Shown here piece after piece: positions 1 to 8,528 of a stretch of DNA of 37,654 nucleotides. The position numbers were made by a program, and so were the translations under genes. Under the pieces are notes generated by a model, which was not told where the DNA came from, did no database searches, and saw only the letters and a program-made list of their open reading frames with translations. This DNA comes from a virus, in IMG/VR virus record IMGVR_UViG_3300014774_000003, positions 1-37,654 of that record; one strand, 5' to 3'. The first letter of the stretch is position 1. The number at the start of each line of letters is the position of its first letter.

Positions 1-127
1 GCACAGCATACCCTTATGCAGTCTGGTCAGTAGTCACAGCCAATCCTGAAAACAATTTAGATTGCCCGGCGAATACTGATCATGTGTCCTTCCAGATTGT
101 GGTTTACGACACTCAGCAGAAAAGAGC
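1..127. repeat. 127-bp exact duplicate of the window end (37528..37654); circular-closure overlap
   Basis: Read directly: bases 1-127 match 37528-37654 base for base. Unique sequence length is therefore 37527 bp. Confidence 0.95.
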
Positions 128-269
128 ATCAGATATTCGAGCGGCAATACGAAAGGCTTTAGAGCCACACTGTTATGTCACCAACATTCACCCGAACCAT
201 TTTGAACGTATTGCCGACACCAATATTTTTGGTCGCGGCTTTGATGCGAATTGGTTTCTAGACAGATAG
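1..269 (+). CDS. Tail terminator / tail-completion protein (DUF3168-like); 3' part of a gene that starts at 37425 and crosses the circular junction
   Basis: The frame of track ORF 84..269 is in phase with ATG 37425 once the 127-bp overlap is collapsed (37425-37527=-102, same phase as 84). The joined product is about 123 aa (MNILPVVPTLK...AYPYAVWSVV...VSFQIVVYD...). It lies between the HK97-gp10-like gene and the tail tube gene. Confidence 0.6.
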   Translation, partial: TAYPYAVWSVVTANPENNLDCPANTDHVSFQIVVYDTQQKRASDIRAAIRKALEPHCYVTNIHPNHFERIADTNIFGRGFDANWFLDR

Positions 270-287
270 CTTTTAAATTTTCCACAT

Positions 288-311
288 AGCACCCAACCGG
301 GTGCTTTTTTT
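288..311 (+). terminator. Intrinsic terminator upstream of the tail tube gene
   Basis: AGCACCC-AACC-GGGTGCT hairpin followed by a run of 7 T. Confidence 0.6.
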
Positions 312-338
312 ATGCCTAAAATTGAGGAGCACTCGCAA

Positions 339-803
339 ATGGCAGAATTACGCACGCAAGGGACAAACGTCTTTGCTTTTGATGGTACCGACATTACGCA
401 ACTTGTCTGTGTAACCGGTATCGACTTGGGAAGTGACAGTACTTCAAAAATTGAAACAACCTGTCTTGAAGAAACGAAATCCAAATCCTATATGCCGGGG
501 CTATCTGATCCGGGTGATGGCTCACTTTCAATTCGACTTGATCCAGAAAACGACTCACACCTAAAGCTTATTCAATGGGCAGAAAATCGCACCGAACTTG
601 AATTTTATATTGGTGCGAGTGATTCAGTTGCTCCGCCAACAGTAGCTACAAATGCTGTAGCTCTACCAACTGGCCGTTCATTCTGGTCATTTAAAGGCGC
701 ATTAACTCCAGCAGTGCCAACATTTGAAGCGGATTCCATTGTGGGCTACCAGTTCACTTTACAGCGTTCAACTGGTGTAACTCTAACTCCAGCAACTGTT
801 TAA
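339..803 (+). CDS. Major tail tube protein
   Basis: GAGGAG at 324..329 sits 9 nt before ATG 339. The track start at 312 abuts the terminator T-run and has no SD. The 154-aa product is flanked by terminators and sits immediately before the G/GT chaperone pair. Confidence 0.65.
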   Translation: MAELRTQGTNVFAFDGTDITQLVCVTGIDLGSDSTSKIETTCLEETKSKSYMPGLSDPGDGSLSIRLDPENDSHLKLIQWAENRTELEFYIGASDSVAPPTVATNAVALPTGRSFWSFKGALTPAVPTFEADSIVGYQFTLQRSTGVTLTPATV

Positions 804-806
804 TCC

Positions 807-835
807 AAAGCCCCTGTATTGGGGCTTTATTCTTT
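807..835 (+). terminator. Intrinsic terminator after the tail tube gene
   Basis: AAAGCCCC-TGTATT-GGGGCTTT hairpin followed by a T-rich tract. Confidence 0.65.
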
Positions 836-845
836 CTGGTGAATC

Positions 846-1331
846 ATGAAAAAATTAACTTTAAAAGACATTAAGTCTGGCGCACTAATGGGTAAGCCGG
901 AGCATGTGACAGTCCAAATCAAAGTTGCTGGTGAAGATGCAGAGTTTGATACGCATATTCTGCCATTTAGCTACAGCACAGCAGTAGCCCAAATGAAAGC
1001 CTATGGTGAAAACAAAGAGGCCTTAGCTGGTGTTTTGGCGAGTGTTATTTGTGATGAAAAAGGCCAACTCGCATTCACTGAAGATGAAATCCGCACCCAT
1101 TTTAACCAAGCTCTAGTAGATGCGCTTTGGTCAAAAATTGTGGATATTAACGTATTGGGAAAGCAACTGAACTCAACCAAGATGACGAAATCCTCATCGA
1201 AATCAGTATCGCGCTCGGCAAAACGTACAGCGAAATCGCAGACCTCCCATACAGAGAAATTAAAAAGTACACCGCCTACATCCGAAAATACGGAAGCCTC
1301 AACCTCGGAAGAAGATTCGAGCAAGAGCTAG
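846..1331 (+). CDS. Tail assembly chaperone G (zero-frame product)
   Basis: Lies between the tube and tape measure genes. Residues after the slippery site (codon 106 onward) are low-complexity S/T/K-rich. Confidence 0.7.
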   Translation: MKKLTLKDIKSGALMGKPEHVTVQIKVAGEDAEFDTHILPFSYSTAVAQMKAYGENKEALAGVLASVICDEKGQLAFTEDEIRTHFNQALVDALWSKIVDINVLGKQLNSTKMTKSSSKSVSRSAKRTAKSQTSHTEKLKSTPPTSENTEASTSEEDSSKS

Positions 1332-1462
1332 CAAGAATTCACCAGTCTATTTTAATGCTGAAAGGCGTTAAGAACGTGAAGCTGCACGACTTGATGACCC
1401 ATGAAGAAAAGCCAGTAGAAAAGAATCTTGAGGATTATCTGGTGGAGAATTTCGGGAAATAA
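846..1462 (+). CDS. Tail assembly chaperone GT fusion made by -1 programmed frameshift at 1157..1163
   Basis: The -1 frame is open from 1151 to TAA 1460..1462 (about 100 codons) with no usable start codon, and it encodes protein-like sequence (ATELNQDDEILIEISIALGKTYSEIADLPYREIKKYTAYIRKYG...). Predicted fusion is about 205 aa. Confidence 0.75.
1157..1163 (+). promoter_or_regulatory. Slippery heptamer G GGA AAG (-1 frameshift site)
   Basis: GGGAAAG is in X_XXY_YYZ phase with the 846 frame (codons GGA 1158, AAG 1161). This is the same heptamer used by lambda G/GT. Confidence 0.75.
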
Positions 1463-1489
1463 GAAATCAATTTAGATTGGTTTCTTTTT
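1463..1489 (+). terminator. Intrinsic terminator after GT
   Basis: GAAATCAAT-TTAG-ATTGGTTTC hairpin (9 bp including one G-U pair) followed by TTTTT. Confidence 0.5.
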
Positions 1490-1539
1490 CACCTGATTAT
1501 TAGTATCTTGGTCTGAATAATAAATATTCAGGATTGAGT

Positions 1540-2151
1540 ATGTGGCTTATATTAATAATTATTGTAGTGGTCATCGGTGCAATTTTCTTGGCAAGGAAAG
1601 CCAGCATTCCGGTGGAAAACAAGACTCAAGAATTTCTCAAGACCCAACAAAATAGAGGTAAAGAGGAAGTGAGCGGTAGAAGTTTACCACCACCATTCCC
1701 AATGGGGAGCACTAGAAAAAAGGATGCGAATAAGATTGCCCCTAAGAGAATTTTCCGACTTGATTATGATTGTGCGCATGATTTTGATAGCTATCCATTC
1801 GAAATTGTTGGTGAATCACACTACCAATCCAATATTGAGCGGTTTGCTGTAAAAAGAGAGGGCAAGGGTTGCTTTACCGAAGTAGAGGCAAAAATTATCA
1901 GGGATATTAATAACAGCCACGATAAAAACGCATGCAGGGTAGACATCAGCGGATTAACAGTTGGTTATTTCCCTCGCAATAATGCCGAGAGTTGGGTAAA
2001 ACTTTTGGGGCGCTTAAATATGCCTGATAACTCAGAAGTCTATGTTAGGGCTGTGATTGTTGGTGGTGGAAGCAAAGATCATAGCTTCGGGGTAAGATTG
2101 GATATACCATCTAGAGTTGCAAATTCTGCTAAATACATAAAAGAAGTTTAA
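1540..2151 (+). CDS. Membrane-anchored HIRAN-like domain protein (moron)
   Basis: N-terminal hydrophobic helix WLILIIIVVVIGAIFLA followed by RK. C-terminal FEIVGESHYQ ... IIRDINNSHDKNACRVDISGLTVGYFPRNNAE resembles the bacterial HIRAN signature (VGxxHYQ ... N-x-x-D-x-N-A ... GY). ATG 1540 is preferred over TTG 1534. Confidence 0.55.
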   Translation: MWLILIIIVVVIGAIFLARKASIPVENKTQEFLKTQQNRGKEEVSGRSLPPPFPMGSTRKKDANKIAPKRIFRLDYDCAHDFDSYPFEIVGESHYQSNIERFAVKREGKGCFTEVEAKIIRDINNSHDKNACRVDISGLTVGYFPRNNAESWVKLLGRLNMPDNSEVYVRAVIVGGGSKDHSFGVRLDIPSRVANSAKYIKEV

Positions 2152-2160
2152 GGTCCTTGT

Positions 2161-2481
2161 ATGAAAAAAATCATTTTATTGGCTTTGGTTATCGGTCTGG
2201 TTGGGTGTTCTGGTCAGCCAAAAATATCTGAAGAGAAAAAACAGCAAGTTGTAGCCCATTTTAAAGATGACAAGACAATAAAAGATTCGGTATGGGTATC
2301 CGCCTCAACCTTTAGAGTTGGTGTGCTGGATAATGGTTCAAGCAGGGATGGGCTAGCGCAATATGTTTGTCAGGAATTAAATGCATTAGATGTTCATGGT
2401 GTGACGGTTAAGGTAATAGATATCCAGAAACTTGTCTCTACAAACAAATGGATAGATTTAGGGCAAGCAAATTGCTCGTAA
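2161..2481 (+). CDS. Lipoprotein of unknown function (moron)
   Basis: Signal peptide MKKIILLALVIGLVG-C with lipobox LVGC. Starts 9 nt after the previous stop. Confidence 0.65.
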   Translation: MKKIILLALVIGLVGCSGQPKISEEKKQQVVAHFKDDKTIKDSVWVSASTFRVGVLDNGSSRDGLAQYVCQELNALDVHGVTVKVIDIQKLVSTNKWIDLGQANCS

Positions 2482-2496
2482 AGTCTCAAAATCAAT

Positions 2497-2519
2497 AACC
2501 GCCACTAGGCGGTTTTTTT
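2497..2519 (+). terminator. Intrinsic terminator closing the two-gene insert
   Basis: AACCGCC-ACTA-GGCGGTT hairpin followed by a T run. Confidence 0.75.
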
Positions 2520-2537
2520 ACGCCTAGAGGAAAAGTT

Positions 2538-5500
2538 ATGGCTGGCAAGTTAGGTGTTTTAACATTAGATTTAATTGCTCGTATCGGCCAATTTGTTGAG
2601 CCAATGAAGAATGCCGAAAGACAGACTAAGACTTCAGCAAGCAATATGGCGCGCGATTTCGAGGAGGCTGATAAAGGTATTTCCATGTCAGCAAAGAATA
2701 TCGGGCTTTCATTGGCAGGGGTTGCTGCATCCTATGTCTCTATCGACCGACTGATCAATACTCAACGCACTTTTGATAAGCTGAATGCAGGGTTAATAAC
2801 AGCAACTGGGTCAGCAGAAGGCGCGGCAGCAGCATTTGATTCTTTGCAGAAGTTTGCAAAAGAAACTCCTTATGGCTTGGAGCAGTCTGTAGGTGCCTTT
2901 ATTAAGCTTACAAACTTGGGGTTAAAGCCATCTGAAGCCGCACTAACATCATACGGCAATACTGCTGCCGCCATGGGTAAAGATCTTGATCAAATGATTG
3001 AGGCTGTTGCTGATGCTACCACTGGTGAGTTTGAGCGATTAAAAGAATTTGGTATTAAGGCCAGCCAAGAAAATGGCAAAGTGTCGCTGACGTTTAAAGG
3101 TCAAACCACCACCATTAGAAATAATGCCAAAGAGATTGAAAAATACCTTCTTGATTTAGGCAATGTGGACTTCGCTGGTGCTATGGAAAACCGCATGAAA
3201 ACCCTAGATGGGTCTATTGCAAACCTTGAGGATACAATTGATGGATTATTCCTAAAAGTATCGCAATCAGGAATTGGTGATGCGATTAAAGCCGGTGTTG
3301 ATGGGGCTAGTGAGTCACTGGAAACCCTAGGGGATAACCTAGATACGGTTGGTGATATTGCTTTGGTGGTAGGCGCTATATTTGCTGGAAGATATGCCTC
3401 TAGTATGGTTGGCAGTATTCAAAAAACAGTTGCTGCAAGCATTGAGCAAAAACAGGCATTAGTAGCTGAACAAGCCGAAAGCGTAAAACTACTTGGCGTT
3501 CAGGCGCAAAGAGCGCGCCAAAATGTGGCTTTAGCTTTAACCGAGGTGAATCTAGCTCGCGCAGACTTTAATAATGCCACTACGGCAGCAGCTCGCGCGG
3601 CTGCAACTCAGCGATTGACAGCAGCAAACATTGCTTTAGCTATTTCCGAGAAACAGGCTTCTATTGCGACAACTGCCTATACAGCAGCTACAGGTGCGGC
3701 AACCGTAGCCACAAGCCGACTTGCAGCAGCCAAAGCGCTCTTGCTTGGATTAACAGGCGGGTGGGTTGGGCTAGGCATTACTGTGGCTTCTGTGGCGGCA
3801 GGCTATTTAATGATGAGAGATGGCGCTGATGAGTCCACCAAGTCATTAAGAGAAAATAACGAGTCCGTTGATGAGGCGGTTAAGAAATACAAGGAGCTTG
3901 ATGATGTTAAGCGTCGCGCACAGCTTGTTTCTGAAAAAAATACACTTCAGGATCTAGCAAAGGAATACGATGAAGTTAATTCAAAACTAATCACCGCCAC
4001 TTACTCATTTAGTCGTCACAATGATATGACATCTGAGCAATCAAAACAGGTTAATGCTTTGATTGCTGAATACAAGAAAACAGGTGATATTGATCAATTC
4101 TCAGGAAAGATTAACGCTCTAAACTTCATTAGCCAAACTTCTAAGGACCGATTCAATACTTTAGGTGGGTCTGTAAAAGATGCTGGTAATGAATTTAAAA
4201 ACCAAAAGTCTTTTGTGGATCAGATGGCTCCAGCCGTTAAAGGGGTGGGTGACCAGGCTAAGCAGACTGCTGGCGAGGTTTCTGGTTTAAGCGCAGAGAT
4301 TCAGAAACTTCTCAACCTTAATGCCGAGGGGGCATCGAAGAGCAATTACTTAAACGAGCTCGTAAAGAGAAATATTAATCCAGAGCTTGCTGAAATGATG
4401 TATGAGGCGCGAAAGGCTTCAAATATAGCTGGTACGAGTGAAAAGCTAAATACGAAGGTATTGAATTCTGTGCTTGATCGCTGGAAGGCAGATCAGGGTC
4501 TGAATAAAACCCTTGAGGAACGTGCAAAAATTGAGGAAAAAAACAAGAAGCTTGTCGAGGCGCAAGGTAATGCAATGAAGGTGAATGCTTTGGTTGCATC
4601 TAACGCAGCTAAAGCAAACTACGCTGCACTAGAATCCGCTAAAGGACTACCAAAAGGCTTATTGTCTGCTGTAAATATGACTGAATCACCAAATAGCAAC
4701 ACCGCTAGAAGTAGTGCTGGCGCAAGAGGTGCATTCCAGTTCATGCCAAAAACTGCTGAGCGATTTAATGTTGATGTTAATAGTGTTAATTCCAGTGCAA
4801 AAGGTGCAGCCGAGTACCTTGATAAATTACTCAAAATGTTTGAAGGCAACCTTGAGAATGCTTTACGCGCCTACAACTGGGGCGAAGGCAACATGCAGAA
4901 CTATTTAAAATATGGCTCAGGCATGAAGGATGGTCAGAAGGGTTATTTTGCTGACAGGCCAATGCCAAGAGAAACGCGCGAATACTCTGGCAAAGTAATG
5001 GGCTATATGGGTGGCTCCAGCGGTGTTTCATTCACAGAGGATTATTCTTTTGAAGACTGGTTGAAGGAGCAAGAGCAATTTGCTATTGAGCGCGAAAAAC
5101 GTGAGAAGGAGATAGCTGAAAAGCAAAAAGAACTTGTGCTTGAGGTTGCCACCTATAGAGAGAAAGTCAATTCAGAACTTGCTGATAAGTTAGAGGAGAT
5201 TGATAAGGCTGGATTCGACAGTGCAAAAACTGCTGAATTGAAAGCCGAATACAAGAAACGAGCTGAGATTGATATTCAAGTTTCAGAAGCTGCACATAGC
5301 GAAAAGTTGGCTGGGTATTCGGACTATTTGAAATCAGAAGAGCAGCTTTTAAATGAAAGCTTTGCTCGTCGTCAGCGCAATCTTAAGCTTGACCTTAGTT
5401 TGACCACGGAGGAGTACACCATCGCCTCTATAGCTCTCGAAAATCAGCGCAAGAAAGAGGTTGAATCGCTCAGAAGGGATGAAAGGTTAGATGTTCTCGA

Positions 5501-6350
5501 GACTAAAAGAGACTGGATGGGTAAGGGGGAGTATGCCCGGGAATATTACGCATTAGTGCGTGAAGAAATTCTAGCAACATCAACATATTCTCCTGAAAAA
5601 AAAGAAGCCATGCTTCAGTATGCATCTTCTCAGCAAAATCGTGAAGAATCCTACGAGCGCGACAGCGCTATTGCAGATTACCGTGATGTGATGGGCTATG
5701 GAGAAAATCCGCTAGAGCGACAGTTTGAAGTTTTGCAAAAAATGCGCGAACTCGATCTATTGAACGAAGAAGCATACCAAAATGCAAAACTTGAACTACA
5801 AGCCAAGTCTACAGCGGGATACATGGAAGGAATGCTGGGTGGATTTGCTGCGCTGGTGGATGAAAACTCTAAAACCTATGCAGTGCTGTTTGCTGCTCAA
5901 AAAGCGTTTGCGGTAGCTCAGGCAATGCTGAACATTCCAGCGGCATACTCGAAAGCTTATGATGCGGTCGTTGGTACACCATTTGTTGGCCCATATATCG
6001 CACCTGCGGTTGGTGCGGCCGCAGCAGCCTTACAGGTGGCTCAGGCCGCAAGCATGAAGTCGGTCAATCTAACTGGTATGGCCCACGACGGTATCGATAA
6101 CATTCCAAGGGAAGGTACATGGCTGCTTGATGGTGGAGAGCGTGTTTTAAATCCTGAGCAAAATAAGGATTTAACTCGATACTTGAGTGAAGCCCGTGAA
6201 AGCAATTCATCACCGAACGTCAACCTCAACCCAAACTTCGTAATTGTTGATGAGCGTGAAAAGCTTGGGGATTACCTGTTTGGACCAGATGGCAAGAAAG
6301 CCTTTGTGAAATTTTTTAAACAGAACAAACGGGAATTAGGATTCGCATAA
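2538..6350 (+). CDS. Tail tape measure protein with internal lytic transglycosylase (SLT) domain
   Basis: 1270 aa with Ala-rich coiled coil and the hydrophobic segment GLTGGWVGLGITVASVAAGYLMM. SLT motifs NMTES (Glu codon 4683..4685), AGARGAFQFMPKTAERF and AYNWGEGN. Confidence 0.9.
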   Translation: MAGKLGVLTLDLIARIGQFVEPMKNAERQTKTSASNMARDFEEADKGISMSAKNIGLSLAGVAASYVSIDRLINTQRTFDKLNAGLITATGSAEGAAAAFDSLQKFAKETPYGLEQSVGAFIKLTNLGLKPSEAALTSYGNTAAAMGKDLDQMIEAVADATTGEFERLKEFGIKASQENGKVSLTFKGQTTTIRNNAKEIEKYLLDLGNVDFAGAMENRMKTLDGSIANLEDTIDGLFLKVSQSGIGDAIKAGVDGASESLETLGDNLDTVGDIALVVGAIFAGRYASSMVGSIQKTVAASIEQKQALVAEQAESVKLLGVQAQRARQNVALALTEVNLARADFNNATTAAARAAATQRLTAANIALAISEKQASIATTAYTAATGAATVATSRLAAAKALLLGLTGGWVGLGITVASVAAGYLMMRDGADESTKSLRENNESVDEAVKKYKELDDVKRRAQLVSEKNTLQDLAKEYDEVNSKLITATYSFSRHNDMTSEQSKQVNALIAEYKKTGDIDQFSGKINALNFISQTSKDRFNTLGGSVKDAGNEFKNQKSFVDQMAPAVKGVGDQAKQTAGEVSGLSAEIQKLLNLNAEGASKSNYLNELVKRNINPELAEMMYEARKASNIAGTSEKLNTKVLNSVLDRWKADQGLNKTLEERAKIEEKNKKLVEAQGNAMKVNALVASNAAKANYAALESAKGLPKGLLSAVNMTESPNSNTARSSAGARGAFQFMPKTAERFNVDVNSVNSSAKGAAEYLDKLLKMFEGNLENALRAYNWGEGNMQNYLKYGSGMKDGQKGYFADRPMPRETREYSGKVMGYMGGSSGVSFTEDYSFEDWLKEQEQFAIEREKREKEIAEKQKELVLEVATYREKVNSELADKLEEIDKAGFDSAKTAELKAEYKKRAEIDIQVSEAAHSEKLAGYSDYLKSEEQLLNESFARRQRNLKLDLSLTTEEYTIASIALENQRKKEVESLRRDERLDVLETKRDWMGKGEYAREYYALVREEILATSTYSPEKKEAMLQYASSQQNREESYERDSAIADYRDVMGYGENPLERQFEVLQKMRELDLLNEEAYQNAKLELQAKSTAGYMEGMLGGFAALVDENSKTYAVLFAAQKAFAVAQAMLNIPAAYSKAYDAVVGTPFVGPYIAPAVGAAAAALQVAQAASMKSVNLTGMAHDGIDNIPREGTWLLDGGERVLNPEQNKDLTRYLSEARESNSSPNVNLNPNFVIVDEREKLGDYLFGPDGKKAFVKFFKQNKRELGFA

Positions 6351-6392
6351 GCTCACTTCGGTGGGCTTTATTTTTATCAATTTGAGGACAAA

Positions 6393-7604
6393 ATGAAAAT
6401 ACAAACATCATATGGCGAGGTGCATGTATTAACAAATTGCCCTCTATTGGAATCAACCGAGCGCCTGGAATGGATGACAGAGGTTCACGAATCCTTTGAT
6501 GGGAGTGAAGAGCGCTATCCACTTCGAGATGCACCACGTCAGATCCTGAATTTCAAATATACGGAAATGCGTAAGGCTATGGGCGATCTGTTCCATATGC
6601 TGTATGCCAATATGCGTAAACAGTGGGGTATTCCGCTGCGGCAGGTGAAGCGAGTCATTCCAGATATCGTTGATGACGATTACATCATTCTCGATGCAGC
6701 AGACACCATAGCCGACCTTAGAGTCGGTTTTGCTTTTATTGAGGGTAGTGAAGGTGGTCAAGTGGTCGAAATCATAGATCGTGGCCGCTACATCATTATT
6801 CAGGAAGAAATCCGGGACCCGGAAACGGATGAAATAATTCAAGAACTGATCACTGAATACCAGGATGGCTTCCGTTTGGCTGCAAATGTGACTGTAACCA
6901 ATGCTGTGATCATGCCGCTACGGATCTGCATCATCGACGGGGACGCTTCAATCAATGCTGGTGGTTTCTGGTCCAATGCTTCAGTCGTTTTTCGAGTGCT
7001 GGCAGAAGACTTGCCAGAACATACCGGTGATACGCCTGCTAAATACAAGGGTGAGGATATTTACTGGAAACCTTTGCTACTTGATGGCGACTCGCTCGAA
7101 ATGACACTGACCCAGCATCAAAACATTGTGGATGGTGCTATTGGTGGTTTTCAGCAGTACACCCATCATAAAAAACCCAAGTATCTCAAGCCATTTACTT
7201 CGGTTTTAAAAGACTGGTCAGAGTTCAATGCTTATCGCCGATTCTTGTTCCGCAGGTCTGGACGTTCACGTGCATTCTGGATGCCGCTATATGAAAAGCA
7301 TTTGAATATTTTAAATACCGGCAACATCACCACCAGTTTAAGCACCAATACCAAATACATCATTGAAGCCGACCGCAAACATATTGCTGTTAAGCGCAAG
7401 GATGGCACCTGGTCAGCGCATGAAATTACCAGTCGAACTAATGGGTCACTTACTGTTTCACCAGCCATTAATACACAGCGCAACAGCATTCAGACTATCT
7501 GCTATTTAGGGCTGCATCGCTTGGATGCAGATCAGATTGAGTTCCAATTTTTAGGCGCTGGCAAATCAAGAATTACTGTTCCAATCGTGGAGATTGATAG
7601 CTAA
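6393..7604 (+). CDS. Tail tip protein, putative distal tail protein
   Basis: First gene after the tape measure, with a GAGGA SD. No motif was recognised, so the call is positional only. Confidence 0.4.
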   Translation: MKIQTSYGEVHVLTNCPLLESTERLEWMTEVHESFDGSEERYPLRDAPRQILNFKYTEMRKAMGDLFHMLYANMRKQWGIPLRQVKRVIPDIVDDDYIILDAADTIADLRVGFAFIEGSEGGQVVEIIDRGRYIIIQEEIRDPETDEIIQELITEYQDGFRLAANVTVTNAVIMPLRICIIDGDASINAGGFWSNASVVFRVLAEDLPEHTGDTPAKYKGEDIYWKPLLLDGDSLEMTLTQHQNIVDGAIGGFQQYTHHKKPKYLKPFTSVLKDWSEFNAYRRFLFRRSGRSRAFWMPLYEKHLNILNTGNITTSLSTNTKYIIEADRKHIAVKRKDGTWSAHEITSRTNGSLTVSPAINTQRNSIQTICYLGLHRLDADQIEFQFLGAGKSRITVPIVEIDS

Positions 7605-8521
7605 TGACACGTTTAGAACTTTATCAATTTAAGCATGGGGACAAGCAGTGGTTTTTCACCAGTGCACGTAAAGCGATTACTCACAATGCGATTACTTATT
7701 TCCCGGTGCGCGGTTTAAGCCGTGGAAATGTTGAAGATGCCGATATTGATAAGTGTGAAGTCGATCTGACTTTTCCGCATCCCTATCCACTATTCAATGC
7801 TGCTGACGATAGTTTCACTCAGGTCTTTCTCAACAAGATTTATCTAGAATCGGTGTATTTCACTCTAATTGAACTGGATGGATCTGAATCACTGGTCTTG
7901 TTTAAAGGTCGGGTGACGCAGCCAAAATTCGATGACCGCGACAATACCATGACATTGGTCTGCTCGACCGCAGAAAGCTTTATGCGTCGCAAGATATTGA
8001 CCCGTAAATATCAGCGCACGTGCATGAATAACATTTACGACAAGTTTTGTGGATTGGATTTTAACGAATGGTCGTTTGAAGTGACTGTAACTGCAATCGA
8101 CGGCTTGAATGTCGCTTACACAATAAACCCGACTCAAGTTATTGATGAAAACGGTGATCCTGTTTTTGAGCAAGTGCCTGTGCTAGATGAATTTGGGCAG
8201 CCCGTTTTAGATGGACAAGGCAATCCGACTTTTGAAAATGGTGAACCGATCATGGAAATCAAATCCTATCCGTCTGACTGGCTGAATCGCGGTGTGCTTA
8301 AAAAAGATGGTGTGTTTACCTTCATTATTAACGGTGGAAGTAATAGTGCTCGACTGTATCGCCAGCATATCGGCCTGAAGGTGGGTGATGTGGTGCGAGT
8401 GGCACCAGGCTGTGATCAGTCACTGAAAATGTGTCATGAGAAATTTAACAACCATAAACGCTTTAGCGGCCATCCGAATATGCCGACCGAAAACCCGTTA
8501 GAAACTCAGTTGATTAAGTAG
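7604..8521 (+). CDS. Tail hub protein, DUF2163 / Phage_BR0599-like (GTA ORFg13-like)
   Basis: TAATG overlap with the upstream gene. The C-terminal CDQSLKMCHEKFNNHKRFSGHPNMP matches the Cys...Cys...F-N...F-G-x-P signature of the BR0599 domain. Confidence 0.6.
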   Translation: MTRLELYQFKHGDKQWFFTSARKAITHNAITYFPVRGLSRGNVEDADIDKCEVDLTFPHPYPLFNAADDSFTQVFLNKIYLESVYFTLIELDGSESLVLFKGRVTQPKFDDRDNTMTLVCSTAESFMRRKILTRKYQRTCMNNIYDKFCGLDFNEWSFEVTVTAIDGLNVAYTINPTQVIDENGDPVFEQVPVLDEFGQPVLDGQGNPTFENGEPIMEIKSYPSDWLNRGVLKKDGVFTFIINGGSNSARLYRQHIGLKVGDVVRVAPGCDQSLKMCHEKFNNHKRFSGHPNMPTENPLETQLIK

Positions 8522-8528
8522 GATAAAA

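Noticed and set aside
1-127. 127-bp terminal duplication as a genuine direct terminal repeat or LTR
   Set aside because: It interrupts a tail gene reading frame, and the genome has a cos-type HNH/terminase module elsewhere. An assembly overlap is the simpler explanation, though this is not proven without reads.
84-269. Stand-alone 61-aa ORF at the left edge
   Set aside because: It is the in-phase C-terminal part of the gene starting at 37425 once the 127-bp overlap is collapsed. The internal Met at 84 has no SD.
312-338. Upstream ATG 312 as the tail tube start
   Set aside because: ATG 312 directly abuts the terminator T-run with no SD. GAGGAG at 324..329 serves ATG 339.
1001-1324. 107-aa minus-strand ORF inside the chaperone gene
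   Set aside because: It is antisense to a region already occupied by two overlapping sense frames (G and GT). The protein is low-complexity and there are no expression signals.
2492-2686. 64-aa minus-strand ORF across the tape measure start
   Set aside because: It spans a plus-strand terminator and the tape measure SD and start. It has no signals of its own.
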